Made by a program: the position numbers and the translations under genes
Notes under the pieces: model-generated
Told to the model about the DNA's origin: nothing
What the model saw: only the letters and a program-made list of their open reading frames with translations
The model's database searches: none
Part shown: positions 1 through 36,274 of the stretch, in pieces
Layout of the letters: the number at the start of each line of letters is the position of its first letter
How positions within the stretch are numbered: the first letter of the stretch is position 1
Source of the DNA: Amoebidium appalachense
Lineage: Eukaryota > Protista > Ichthyosporea
Assembly (NCBI GenBank): GCA_963693365.1
Contig: CAVNZM010000005.1
Coordinates: 10,811,728 to 10,875,727, forward strand
Direction of reading: 5' to 3'
DNA length: 64,000 nucleotides

Positions 1-245
1 GTCTTTCCTTATTTCACTCCTCTCCCGCTTCCCCTTCCCTCTAGCCCTCCCACACACCCACCCACCCACCCTCTCCCCTCCTTCTTCGCATGAGTGTATG
101 TGTATATGCGTATGTGTGGTTGTTTGTAGAGAGAGAGAGAGTACGTGTGTGTTGCGGGAGGTGGCGGTAGGCTGGGGTTAGGAGGGATGGATGGGGCCGG
201 GGGAAGGGGGAGGGGGCAGGGAGGGGGGGGGGGGGGGGGTTATAC

Positions 246-13854
<13,609 letters not shown>

Positions 13855-14798
13855 TTTTGAAGATTATCGCCGTTAGCACTAACAGGGTTAGTTTCTTGAC
13901 TGAAGAGAAACTTTGATCATTCAAAGGTGACTGGTTGTGGAAGGAACACAGGAAAACTTGAGGGATTTCCGAGGGGAAAGGTTTGCTTGTCTTTGGGTGT
14001 GTGTGTACTTAGGTGTTATTAGATGGGTTGAGGCTTTCAAGCCCTTAACCAAGCCAAATTTTAAAGTTAATATTTGTTTTTTACATTGGATCTTCGCAAA
14101 TTCATCGATCTGTCTATAGCAACATCAGTCCGACTGTGTTGCTTGTGGCGTTTGCCTTTGGAATCTTTTGAAGGCAACTGCTATGTTTTTAGTTCATGAT
14201 TTTCGACATTCCATTGGATAAACAAATTACGCAAAATGAAGATAAACCAATCATATAACGAACTGTTAAACGACAGACTATTGGTGTTCCAGGCACCCGT
14301 TGGTATGTTTACATTCCAACGGGCATACCTGCGTGTTTGTACACGGACTAGAGCAACCACTCGTAGCGGCGTCGGCGAGCGCTCTTCGAAACTTTTTTCA
14401 TTTGAAGGTAGGTACAGCCAGCCGAATGCTTTGGTCTTATGTTTGCGAAACAGGAACAATGCCCTTCCTTATGCATGAATGCTGAACGACGCCAAGAAGT
14501 GTACACTGATGACAGATAGGTGTGATAGCGAGAGACAAATTTCATCAGTGAGAGAGGGGGAAGGAGAAGGGGAGGAGAAGAAAGGCATCTGAGACTTGCC
14601 TTCGGATCAGAGTCACAGAGAGAGTGCTGGGGGAAAGTGGGGGGGGGGGGGGGGGGGGGGGGGAGGGGGGGGAGAGAGAGAGAAGGGAGATGGGGGGATG
14701 GGGGTGGGGGTGGTAGGGAGGAGGGGGAGGGGGGGGGGGGGCGGGAGGGGGGGGGGGGGGGGGGGGGCGGGGAGGAGAGGGAGGGAGGCAGGGAGATC
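13855..14798. promoter_or_regulatory. Probable divergent promoter region between Exo84 (minus) and the PIF1-like gene (plus)
   Basis: Head-to-head starts and about 750 bp free of microsatellites. Positional inference only. Confidence 0.4.
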
Positions 14799-15649
14799 AT
14801 GGTGGATGCCCTGAGATCTGATCTCGAGAGAGAGCAAGAGGCCGGGGTACGGTGTGAAAGGGGAAGGAGGGGCCGGCGTTGGGCGGGGAGGAGAGAGAGG
14901 GAGGGAGAGGGGGGGGGGGGCGGTGGGTGTTGGAAGGGAGGTAGGCCAGGGGGGGGGGGGGGGGGGAGAGAGAGAGAGAGACTCGGAGAGAGCCTTTTAC
15001 TGTCAACTGTTTTCTCCCATCCTTATAATTCTAAAACTGTTTGTTTTCGCACATGTACGTATACACCACAGCTGTCGTTTCAAGGTCAGTTTTCAATTAA
15101 GGAGGCAGGTGACACCCAAGAAAGCCTTGATCTAAATGATAACCTTCCTGCCGGCCTAAATTCTGCTACGCAACAGCCGCTAGAAGCCCTTTATGCAGGC
15201 CAGATGCCATGGCAGCCCTTGCCAGGAGATGCAGGTGGGGTGGTGGGTCCACAGGTCGCGGAGGATTGGGTGGCTGAGGGCAATTACGACATCGAGGCCG
15301 CAGCTTCATTTGTTTCCGACAACAGAAACGAAGAAGGGGCGCAGCACCCATGGAGTGACCCTGCACTGGTATGTGATGTACCCCCCCCCCCCCCCCCCCC
15401 CCCCCCCCCTGTCCCGAACGCCCGCACACTGCACGCACTGCCACACCACCATGCACATACGCAGGCACAAACCAATAGCAGGCACGCACACATGTACATA
15501 TGCAGTGTCACCTGCCAGTGCACATGCGCGCACACACACCGTTAAACTTTGTGTGCACACTGTCCTGCACACTCACAGACACACGCGCATACACACGTAC
15601 ACGCACAGTATGGCACACACAAACACACACACACACACGCACAAGCACG

Positions 15650-15684
<35 letters not shown>

Positions 15685-16225
15685 CACACGTGTACACCCA
15701 CACACCCACACACACACAGTGTCACACACACACACACACACTGGCACACGCATGCACACACACACTGTATGACGAGGATTCACACCAATCCGCCACCCCC
15801 TCCCCCCACCCTTACCCACCTCCCCTCCCCCCCCCCCCCACACACACACACACACATACACACGTGACACACGCACACACACTCACACACAAACACACAC
15901 ACACACACACACCCACAGACACACACTCACACACGCACACACACACACACACACACCCACTGTGGGCACACCCACACACACAGTCACACGTTAGGGACAC
16001 ACACAAATTGTAAGATAAGGATGCACACTCATATCCCCTCCCCTTCCCCACCCCTCTCCCCCCCCTGCCCCCTTCTACCCTTTCCCCTCTGTGTGCCCCT
16101 CCCTTCCCTCCCTCGCTTATCCCCGGCCCTTGCTAGTCTGCTAGGCTTTCAAGTTTTTTACAGTCACGCATGCCGTCACGTCCGCACAAGTCACGAACAA
16201 GCGCACCAAAGGCAGGAAGCACCGT

Positions 16226-16288
<63 letters not shown>

Positions 16289-16479
16289 ACACACACACAC
16301 ATAGTCACTGGGTGGCACACAGCGTCACTGCCACACACACAATGCCAACACAAGCCTTGAGCGCATGCGGCGCTCGAACAAGCAACACTCAGGCTGAACA
16401 CGCACACATGCACACAAGCAGAGTCACATGCACACCCACATGCACACCACTAGCTCCCCCCCCCCCCCCCCCCTGTCTT

Positions 16480-16548
<69 letters not shown>

Positions 16549-18148
16549 ACGGCACACACACAAGGCAGCAAGCACACACATGAAAATAGGCACACAGTGA
16601 GACACTCGTCATACCTGTTGTAATAGGTGGCTGGCCGGGACTTGAAGGCAAACAACAGGTAGCATATGATATTCTGCAGGAGCATGTGTCTGCCCCCGAA
16701 GGTACACGTCCACCATTGCGTATGATTCTTGGCCGGCTATGGCGGTTGTGGTAAAAGTTGGACTGTGCACCACATGGTAAGATCGCTGCGTGAACGTGCC
16801 GTGGAGTTGGGGGTCCCGCCAGACGAATTTGTGCGGCTTGCGGCACCAACTGGTGTTGCAGCACATAACATAGGTGGGAAAACCCTGCATTTAAAACTTT
16901 TTGATGTCAAGGTACCTATTGGGACTACCAAGCCGTATGCCTCTAGCGCTCAGTTAGCTGCCATACAAAGAAAGCTTTGCCATTGCCGCTATTTGATAAT
17001 TGATGAGATGTCTATGATGGGACAGGGCATGCTGGGAATTTTTCTAACGCGTCTAGAGGAAGCCAGGGTATTGGATAAGGTATCAATCATTCTGGTAGGC
17101 GATATGGCACAGTTACCTCCGTGTGGCGATCCTGCGCAGTATGAACCCTACGACCACACGAAGGACGAGCAGAATTTCAAACTCCTAGGTTCAAGTGAGA
17201 TTCTAAAATTCAAAACAGTAGTGGCATTGGATGTGGTTAAAAGGCAGTTGGGTGTTAATGAAGAGGAGTTGGCTTTTAAGGCATTTCTTCTTCGCGTGCG
17301 CAATGGTCAGATGCAACCTGGTGATTGGCAGTTTCTCATGTCTCGTTCGAGAGAATCCTTAGTAGTCACTGGTGAGTGGGGTTTGTTTGAAGGGGCTATG
17401 AGAACAATGGCCAATAAGAACCGGGTGTATGCTTACAACACGCAGACTCTGCACGCAATGGGAAAACCTGTGGCACGGCTGGTGGCGCAGAATTCTTTGG
17501 ACTCTGCACTTGCTAAAAATGCACCTGCTGATGATGTTGGTGGTCTTGAGCCAGAATTGTCTTGCAGTTGGTGCTCGTGTTATGCTTAATGCTAACCTGA
17601 ATGTCAAGCTGGGTTTGGTGAATGGTGCAGTCGGCCATGTGGTTGATCTCCTATACAGGCCTGGGGAGTCCCCCGCTACTGACCTTCCTGCAGCAGTATT
17701 GGTTGACTTTCCTGGTTATAGTGGCCCTCCTTTCCTAGCTGGGAGGCCAACGGTTGTTCCCATACCAGTGGTCGAAAGACGAGGCCATTGTGGTGGCAAG
17801 CGGAAGCGAGCAGGTGCGGGTGGTGCCATTGATTTCAATCGTCGTCAAGTCCCCTTGTCACTGGCATATGCCGTCACTATCCATAAAACCCAAAGTATGT
17901 CAGTGGATAGGGCGGTCGTTGATGTCGGCCCTACAGAATTCGCTCATGGTCTCACATATGTTGCGCTCTCCCGTTTGCGTTCTTTCTCTGGTCTTGCTAG
18001 TGAGCCCTTCTTGGCCTCACAGCGCCGCTTGCTAGGAATAAATGACTCAAAAGCTGTGGCCAAGCGTAAAGATTTTGAGAGAGATCAGATTCATGTCAAT
18101 GCAAAAGTCACGCTCGCACAATATATGCACGCAAGGGAGTCGAGGTAG
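14799..18148 (+). pseudogene. PIF1-family 5'-3' DNA helicase, transposon-type, with apparent frameshifts (pseudogene or assembly errors)
   Basis: Motifs KQQVAYDIL..PLRMIL-AGYGGCGKS (Walker A), AAPTGVAA, LIIDEMSM, LVGDMAQLPP, VKRQ, GLVNGAVG, RRQVPLSLAYAVTIHKTQ, GLTYVALSR in 16627-18148. Indels at about 16647, 16731 and 17560. Putative upstream exons 14799-14846 and 15072-15368 are less certain. Confidence 0.88.
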
Positions 18149-18354
18149 GGTTGGCTTTAATGTGAAGTGGGCTCCCGATTTGCTATCTGTGCGAAGATGG
18201 TGTACTATGGTAAGTGGGGGGGGGGGGAGGGGGTGGGATTCATTGTAATGCATTTGTGATATAAGGGATTGATAAAGTGGACGTGATGTTGGGACCCGGG
18301 GTAGTTTATGTGCTACACTAAGTGTATTTCTTTTTTTCTTTTCTTTTTTTTTTT

Positions 18355-18397
<43 letters not shown>

Positions 18398-18540
18398 TGA
18401 TGAAGGGGATGTAATGTTGGGACCCCGTTTTCCTTCAAACTAAGTTTGTGTCTGTTTTGTGTGTGTGTGCGTCCGTGCGTGCCCAAGTTGTGCGCGCGCG
18501 TGTGTGTATGCGTGTGTGCATGCTGCGTGCATGCATGTGT

Positions 18541-18603
<63 letters not shown>

Positions 18604-18632
18604 GCGGTGTGTCTGTGTATGTCTGTGTGTCT

Positions 18633-18695
<63 letters not shown>

Positions 18696-18712
18696 TCTCT
18701 TTCTCGTACACG

Positions 18713-18961
18713 CTGTGGAGAAACCATGCCCACACGGTACTTTCAGAGCTGGAACCCCGGCCTTACTACTTTGTACGTGGCACGTGGTGGAGAAACAATG
18801 CCCACACGGTATTATGTACATGTGGTGGAGAAACAATGCCCACACAGTGCTATCAGAGATGGAACCCCACTCTGCAATTATGGCCTCAGCAATATCAACA
18901 AATTATATGTGCACGTGGTGGAGAAACAATGTACACACGGTACTACCAGAGTTGTAACACC
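18713..18961. repeat. Four degenerate direct repeats, core GTGGAGAAACMATGCCCACACGGT
   Basis: Copies near 18713, 18784, 18822 and 18915 with unequal spacers. Confidence 0.85.
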
Positions 18962-20390
18962 GACTCTGCAATTTTTTTTTGGTCATGTGTCTAAAAGCAT
19001 ATGGCCACCCACCTGCAAAGAAGTTCTTTCTGATTGGGTGGGACGGGTGTTTATTAACACCCCCCCCCCCCCCCTCCCCCCCCACTCCCCTTCCTCCCCC
19101 CCCCCCCACCCCCCACCCCTCTCTTCCTGTCCCAAACGCCCAAAGACTTTCCCCGCACACGTACCTCCTAGTTTCTCGCGACAGGAACCGTGACACATAC
19201 ACACACACAAACACAAACACACACACACACACACACACACACGTCACACACACACACACACACACACATACACACACACACACATGTGCACACTGTGATA
19301 CACACAGAAACACACACACGCACACACGTGTACACAGATGAGCACATGCACACACACATGACGTGGATATCGATTACAAACACACACTCTTCAACATTCG
19401 TTGTCTCATAACAGTTTTGGATTGTATCTGCGCGAGGGGCATGAGCCACCGGCCCCATCTAGCAGACGGGAGCCCCGCATTCGCCTGCCAGTATCTTATA
19501 GATCTCGTTACTATTCATGGAAATAGCTCAGATTCCCAGATCTCCCTAACCAGGTGCCCAGCATCTGCCATGATCAGTCTTATGACACCCAGCCGCATTG
19601 TATACGATAACGCTCATAAAAAACCACACTAGGGGCTGTAAAATAAACTAATACAGCCATAGGTATAGGCTTTTATGTATAATATTATACATTTTGAAAT
19701 ATTTTCATAGTAAATTGCTATGCATGTGGTGACTGTCACTGGGGATTCCATTTGGGCACCTTTTGTGACGTCAATAACAGCACGCATATAAAATCCTAAA
19801 ACAAAAAGAACAAGCAAGATGAATCGCTTGTTAGGGGCGACGCCCATAGACGGCTGTTTTCTCTAGTCAAGTATTTTGTTTTCCCCGCCCACCCTCCCTT
19901 GAGTGGCTGTGGTGATGTATGCCATCAATGTGTGTCTCCTTGGAGAGCACACGTGTTTGTGTGTGCAGCCTAGCTCAGCTACACACGACACTGCAAGTAA
20001 TCTATCCCCTTGCTGAGGCGAGTAAAAAGTGACGGCACAAGAAATAACTTTGGTGCAAATCTTGGTCAATGACAATGATGATGAATCTGATTTCGGCTCT
20101 TCAAAAGATATCAAGAAAAGCAAATTGACTGTTACAATTACATCAAAAATATATATTAAATTGAATGCAGGTTATTATTTAGTTTTCCTGCCCGGGATAT
20201 TACCAATGCACAGTGAAACATATCATCACACTGAGAAATTTGCGGAAATTATATGATGCATTCCAACGATCTTACACTTCAGATGATTAGCCAAAAGAAG
20301 TGCTCACCTGATCTTGGTTCATTGGATTACACCCATAAAAGGCTAGAGTGAGGAGTGGGCCAATAGACAGTGACACGGGCGTGTTCTTCA

Positions 20391-20847
20391 CAGAGATGGG
20401 GCGGAAGGTTTCGGGTTGGTCCGGTCTGGTCAGCCCAACCCGAATATTTTCGGGCTGGAAATGGTCTGGGTTGGGCTGGCGGGTACTACCAAATGTAGCT
20501 AATGTATAACCAAATATAGCTAACCTGTTTGCGCAAAATGACCTGGGCAGCGCACTCCGTGGCGTCATATGTCGGCTCCGGGACCAACCCAGCCCACACT
20601 CAAAAACATACAGTGACATCCACTCACATAAAAATACATATAGTTAATAACGTTACGTCGAACCTGCTCAGGGTTTTCCTAGTCACAAACACTCTGTTAC
20701 CACTGGGGAGAGGCCGGATCATAGGCCTACGTAGTTATACGCCCGCCCAAACGCCCTAGCCCAACCCGAAAATATTTCGGGCTGGTCTGGTACCCGAAAG
20801 TTTTTCGGGCTGCAACGGGCTGACCAGACCAGACCGCCCCATCTCTG
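20391..20847. mobile_element. Non-autonomous hAT-superfamily DNA transposon (MITE), 457 bp
   Basis: 14-bp TIR CAGAGATGGGGCGG / CCGCCCCATCTCTG. Perfect 8-bp TSD GTTCTTCA at 20383-20390 and 20848-20855. Multiple subterminal CCCGAA/TTCGGG motifs. Confidence 0.95.
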
Positions 20848-21048
20848 GTTCTTCATGATCACTTCAACTTCTTCAACTTCTGCTGCACTGCAGCACAACA
20901 GTGGTAGTGCCACAGCCTGCCTGCCATGGCTGCCAAAGACCGTGAACTTTACCCTTTACAAAGTACCTATTAACGACGGACCCGGTCACTAAAGGACGTG
21001 CCACATAATCTCAGTAATTTTTTATTAACGCGTTTCTTTTTTGCGTAC

Positions 21049-21088
<40 letters not shown>

Positions 21089-23256
21089 ATGCCCAGCCCT
21101 CATGAATATATGGTGACTCAGCACTGGCCCCATGGTGCTTCAGATGATATGCATCAAATTAACATTCTTATCCGCGCATTCGATTTGTGTGTCATGAATG
21201 CACTGCATTACACTCGTAATTTTTGAACACTCGGCCGCGGGAATCTCTGTTTAGCATGAGCAAAATATTTTTTCCATAAGCCTCTCTCATAGCCACAATT
21301 GACCTCTTTGTTACTTTACCGCCCAATACCAATGAAAAGTGCATCCGCCTCTCAGTGACCTTACGGCGGTCCTCCGCTGGGGTTCCAAACTTTTGGCTCC
21401 GGAACACGGCGACCTTGTTTACAGGATATCTTTGCACATTCATAAACATCCCCATTAGGGTTTAGGGAGATACCCTGTCTTGTGAACGGGCAAACACGGA
21501 AATCATAAAACGTGCTTGAAATGGGTTAGCTGTGTGTCCTACAAGAAGAACTATTTTTAAAAAATCAATTTCATACCTCAACGATGCATTTGCCTGTTCA
21601 GAAGAAAAAAGTTTAACAGCATTTTTACCTTGAACAGCTCACGTGTTGACAGATTTTTTCCAGATTCCACCACTTTCCATTTTGGGACGCAACCATTATG
21701 GTTGGCTAAGCACGCATCACATTTTCTCTGACTTTCTACTGTATCACAGGTCTGTGCTTGGCGCTATGAATGGGAATTTCGGCATGGATCGCTGGGGGCA
21801 GGGTGTGAAATCAGTTTTTCGCTGGCGCCATTTTAGCAACTTTTTTCCTGCCTGAATGGCCCCAATAGAGCCACCAGCCATTTTTATGTACATTTTATTA
21901 TATTTTAGCCCCTATAAAAGTTATTAGATGAAAAATTATTCACCCTAAGCACAAAAAGCTAGGGCCACATTTCGCGATAAACCCCCCCAATTCCACAACC
22001 TGGCTGGAGGCGGCCCCTATCCTAGATCACCTTATTAATGCTGCACAGTGTGTATGATATTGTGATACGGTGCCTTAACTTTCTTCCATAATATGTAATA
22101 GGGGTGTCGTATACTACGATGGCGCTAATTGTTGCCTAGCATGTACATATGTCACTAGCTGCACTTGATTGGCTGCGCTGGAAAACGCAGTAGGCCGTCG
22201 AGTGTGGCTGGGCCCTCGGCAGTGTCCACGCAATAAAAAGTGTATAAACCTCCACCGCAGTAACGCTGTTCAAGTTCAGGTCAGTCGAATTGAAATGCCG
22301 AAGCTGTCGCCACTGCGCGGCACTCACGTGTACGGGTATCATTGCCGCTAATTGTCAATTGTGGCGACGGTACGTGCGTGCGTCTCCCGGCCCCGTGCCG
22401 CCCCGAACCGACCTTGCAGCCGGACTCCCTTCACATATGTCACGGACTGCGTCACCAAGTAATAACGTACGTATGTGTCCATATGTACTACGTAGCATAA
22501 AGCTAACACTTATGTCTGGAGAAGCGTGGTAAGGTGAATCGAAGAGCTGATAGAAGCCACTCATGTCAAGTTCTGCTCAGTGCCAGCATCCCTAGATTGA
22601 GTTGCATCTAACCTGGCTCGGTGCGGTAACAAACTAAAAATTCGGTAACTGTTCTTCAACCACCCGGTTTCCCTGTAACTAAGGAGTTTTCTGAGACATG
22701 TGGTGAGGCATACATGGTGGCTTCCATTGGCAGCTCTCTCTCGGTGACTTCCCTCGGAGGGTCGCACGAAAACCTTATCCCCTACCGGTGAACTTTTCCG
22801 TTAAGTTCCACTGAAGTTGGTTTTCGGAACGATTTTCATGAAGGCCGGTAGGCCTTTTCAACTAAAACCACACACTTTCAGGTGCTCTAAGCTTTTTAAA
22901 GTTTTCAGCTTGCGATTCTAAGATTTTTTTCGCCCGCAACATTCCATCATCTCAGCCTCGACATTGACAGCATCTGGCCGCCAGTACCGGCTGATTCCTG
23001 GCATAGAAAAACCAAAGGCTAACCGACGTTTCTCGTAGATCTGGCACTTGGAAACCGTAGTACAGATGTCATACTATCACTATCTTAGAAATTGACTTAC
23101 ATTCAGTGACTCGGTTCCGTTGAAATCTACGCCGCAAACCTACACCACGGAAGGGCCTTGTGTTGAACTCACCCGGCACAGTGATCACGGTTTGTTAACC
23201 TGAGAATATTGGTGGAGATTGTGCACGCCCTGAGGTAAGACGACACAGCAGCCAAC

Positions 23257-32748
<9,492 letters not shown>

Positions 32749-32794
32749 GAGTGGATGGATGCTATGTTGAAGAGAGTGTGTGTGGGAGGGATGG

Positions 32795-32828
<34 letters not shown>

Positions 32829-32855
32829 GGAGGAGGGGGGGGGGGGGGGGATGGT

Positions 32856-32886
<31 letters not shown>

Positions 32887-32933
32887 TGGTTGTGTATGTG
32901 TGTGTGGGGGGGGGGGGGGGAGATGGTTGTGTA

Positions 32934-32964
<31 letters not shown>

Positions 32965-34537
32965 GAGGGTTGGGGGTTTGGGGGGGGGGGGGGGGGGGGG
33001 GGGGTGTGTGTGTGTGTGTGTTGGGAGAAGGGGGGGGGGAGGGTATGGGGGAGGGTGGTTGTGTATGTGTGTGTGTGTGTGTGTCTCTCTGTCTGTGTGT
33101 GTGTTTGCGTGTTTGTGTTGTATCCTTTTGTTTTCCTTTTTTCTATGGCGTGGCCTTAGCTGTGCTCTTATTGTTTTGAATCATTATATGCATTAGTATT
33201 GGTGTTTGCAATCATCGAAAATAGCACTTCGAATTTCCTTCTTTTATCCCATCATCAACGTTGTTTCTCATCAGTACAGTTTGTGTTTGGGGTCCCTAAT
33301 CCGCTGCTTTAGTATTGATATCACCTTATAAGCTTTTTTTTTAACCTTATACAGCGATATACTAAACCATTTTTAATATTACAAATCCCATTTCATTGGC
33401 CTGTCCACTCTTTATTTCAACCTTAGGCTAAGTGTCTGCGTTTCTGGAAACTTCTAACCGACCACCTTCATCCTCCCCTAATCAGACCGTAAGTAACTCA
33501 TAATTTGCACATACTATTAGAAGACACCTTCTTTTATAATTAGAAATCATTCAGTCCGACGTTTAAAATCATTTTAAAGTTGGGCTCAGTGTTTTTAGTT
33601 TAGTTAGCTAAGTTGGCCGCAAATGCTGCGTTCTCCCAGAGCCTAATTCTATGTTAGTTTCTATACCCGCATGTGTAATCGTGTCATGTGTGTATTTCAT
33701 GTTCTTCAAATTTTTTTTTTTTTTTCCGTAGTGGGGTCAGAAGCTCCCTTTCTGTGGTAAATAACAACACATCACAGCTCACCTACATGTCGTTAATAAC
33801 AGCACATTACCCCCCAAATGTAATTGTAGCATTAGAAGCGGTTCAAAGTTACGTTGAACCCAACTAAGTACGTTACTTTAGTGGTTGTAGGTGTGCATGT
33901 AGAGTTCGAGGTGCAGATGAAGTGAGATTTAGTTGGTACTTATGTCTAATTGTGTTGGCTAGAACACGAAAAAAATGTGTATAGATGAAAAATTTCGAGT
34001 CCCCCTGAGCTTGCGGAGGGTTTTTTTTTTTTTTTCTTGTTTTTTTTTTTTTTTTCTGTTTGTGGAAAGGGAGCACTGTGTGCTGACTAATAAGAAATTG
34101 AGTTTATAAAAAGTTTCGGTTGACCGTGACTCTTGTATGCTGCCGTGACTCATGGTTAGCGGAATCATATATTCCCCATGGTTTTATGGTTAGCTGCCTG
34201 CCAAAAGTGGCGCGTAATGATTGGCTCGTTTTGATTAGGTAACATCTGCCATCCTGCAGGGCGCTCCCTGAACTCCCAATCACATCCGCATTCTTACGGC
34301 TGCTGCATCCAATCACAACCGCCATATCTCAATTTGCACATAGTATAGTATCTTGAAGTTGTATTCGAAGTCTAGATCTACTTGCATAATACTATGACTT
34401 GATTCGCCTTGCACCCCAGTCCATTTATATCTCATTTGTCACATGGCACATCGATGTTTTTAGTAAACTGGATGACGGCTGTGGGACCGGGAGGCACTAT
34501 GTCCCTTTAACCAACTAATTTTGCTCAGATCATCAGA

Positions 34538-34730
34538 ACGACTAAGTCCGCATTTCTAGCGGACTTCTTCACCAGAAGCGATATGTATGATCCTATATAA
34601 GGGCTCTTGCACATATATTATGGCCATGGCTGAATTTTCTTTCCGGATCCTAGGCCTGGCTTCCGGGGTGACTATCCTCCCAAAGATGATTCTAACTGCC
34701 AGTGGTAAATTTAGCCGTCTCAGTACAGAG

Positions 34731-34772
<42 letters not shown>

Positions 34773-34958
34773 CCTTCCCCCCCCCCTCCCCCCTCTCCCC
34801 CTCCCTCCCCCAGCACCACCATCGCCCCCACCGGCCGTCCTGGGCACACAGCGCACAATTTCAAAAAGGTAAGTCAACCCCCTTCCCCCCCCCCCCCCCC
34901 CCCCTTTTACACATAAAAAACACATGCCCTAGACCAAGTCTCCACCCCCTTCTCCCCC

Positions 34959-34991
<33 letters not shown>

Positions 34992-35016
34992 TCCATACGT
35001 CCACGGAGGCGCATAT

Positions 35017-35054
<38 letters not shown>

Positions 35055-36022
35055 AAACAAACAACTTGGCAAAAAAATCAACGTGCACACCCATTCAGGT
35101 TGTTTACAGTATGCACATGCTAATCAACTCTCATCCCCGCCGCCTCCTCCCCACCCCCTCCCCCCCCCCCCCCCCCCACACTCCTCTTACTAACTACTAA
35201 TGCACGACCAAGTCAGAATTTTTTGCGGACTTCTTCACATAAAAAGATTTGTATGATCCTATGTAAGGACTCTTGCCCATATATGGGCATGTTTGAGTCT
35301 CCTTCCGTCGATAGTGGATGACTTAAATAAAAGCCCAAAGCATTTTTAGTTGGTGCGTCAACGTTTAACCTTCTCAGCTCAGCCCCCCTCCCCTGGGCCC
35401 CCTCCCACCCTCTCCCCCTCCCCCCTGCCCTCCCCCTCCCCCCTCCCCCCCTCCTCCCCCGGCGGGGCACCACCACTGTTTCAACCCGTGACAGAGCTCA
35501 CATCCTCACACTGACTCGATGTCACTCATCCCGGGACGCCCCCTTCGCCCTCTCCGCCTCCAAATCTGCACCCCAAAAATCTCAACTTTTGCATCGCCGT
35601 GCTAGTCTTCGAGTCAAGTATTGACTGCGGCCCCAGCGCGGTGGGACTTGAGGGCCCACCATCCCCCATTCCCCCTCCGAATCCCCCCTTCCCTGGCGGC
35701 CCGGCGGCACATATTCATTCAAAAGAAATAAAAAAGACAAAAAAACTTTGGCAAATACATTAAGACATGCCTCGACCGTAAGTCACCCCCCCACTCCCCC
35801 CCTCCCCCCTTCCCCCCTGCCCTCCCCCAACGGTGGCACTGCGCGCAAAAAGAATGATTTTTTTGAAAAAAAAAAAAAGAGCCAAAAACAAACAAACAAA
35901 AAACGCAACATACACCCATCCAGATTCACAGTATGCACATGCTGCTCGACTCGGATCATCCCCCCCCCCTCCCCCGCCCCCCTTCATTTCCCCCTCCCTT
36001 CCCCCCCCCCCCCCCTCCCCCC

Positions 36023-36057
<35 letters not shown>

Positions 36058-36100
36058 TTTCCCTGCCCACTACCGACACCACCTCGGACTAGTCCGAGTG
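34538..36100. repeat. Degenerate tandem duplication with a ~0.7-0.8 kb period
   Basis: GCGGACTTCTTCAC...TGTATGATCCTATRTAAGGRCTCTTGC at 34559 and 35225. ACAGTATGCACATGCT near 35106 and 35928. Hairpin AAGTCCGC-N7-GCGGACTT at 34544. Perfect palindrome CTCGGACTAGTCCGAG at 36083-36098. Confidence 0.7.
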
Positions 36101-36221
36101 CCGTATACACTCAGTGCAAACTGATACCCCGGAGCATCGATATCGGTTGCCTTGCCATCTGAGACATCTCACTGGCATGGTGAGATTTTTTTTTCTATTA
36201 TTATTATTTTATTTTATTTTA

Positions 36222-36274
36222 TTTTATCACGTTTTGTTCCCGGAGAGTCTTTTCAGGCCCTCTAGGGAAACTAC
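36222..36274 (-). repeat. Short dispersed repeat with A-rich tail (second copy at 59006-59058)
   Basis: 53 bp with 4 mismatches to the reverse complement of 59006-59058. Both copies run into a (TAAAA)n-like tail. Confidence 0.8.

Noticed and set aside
18713-18961. CRISPR-like repeat-spacer appearance
   Set aside because: Eukaryotic context, degenerate repeats, spacers of unequal length and related to each other, and no cas genes.
21455-21467. TTAGGGTTTAGGG telomere-like motif
   Set aside because: Only two units, not distinguishable from chance.
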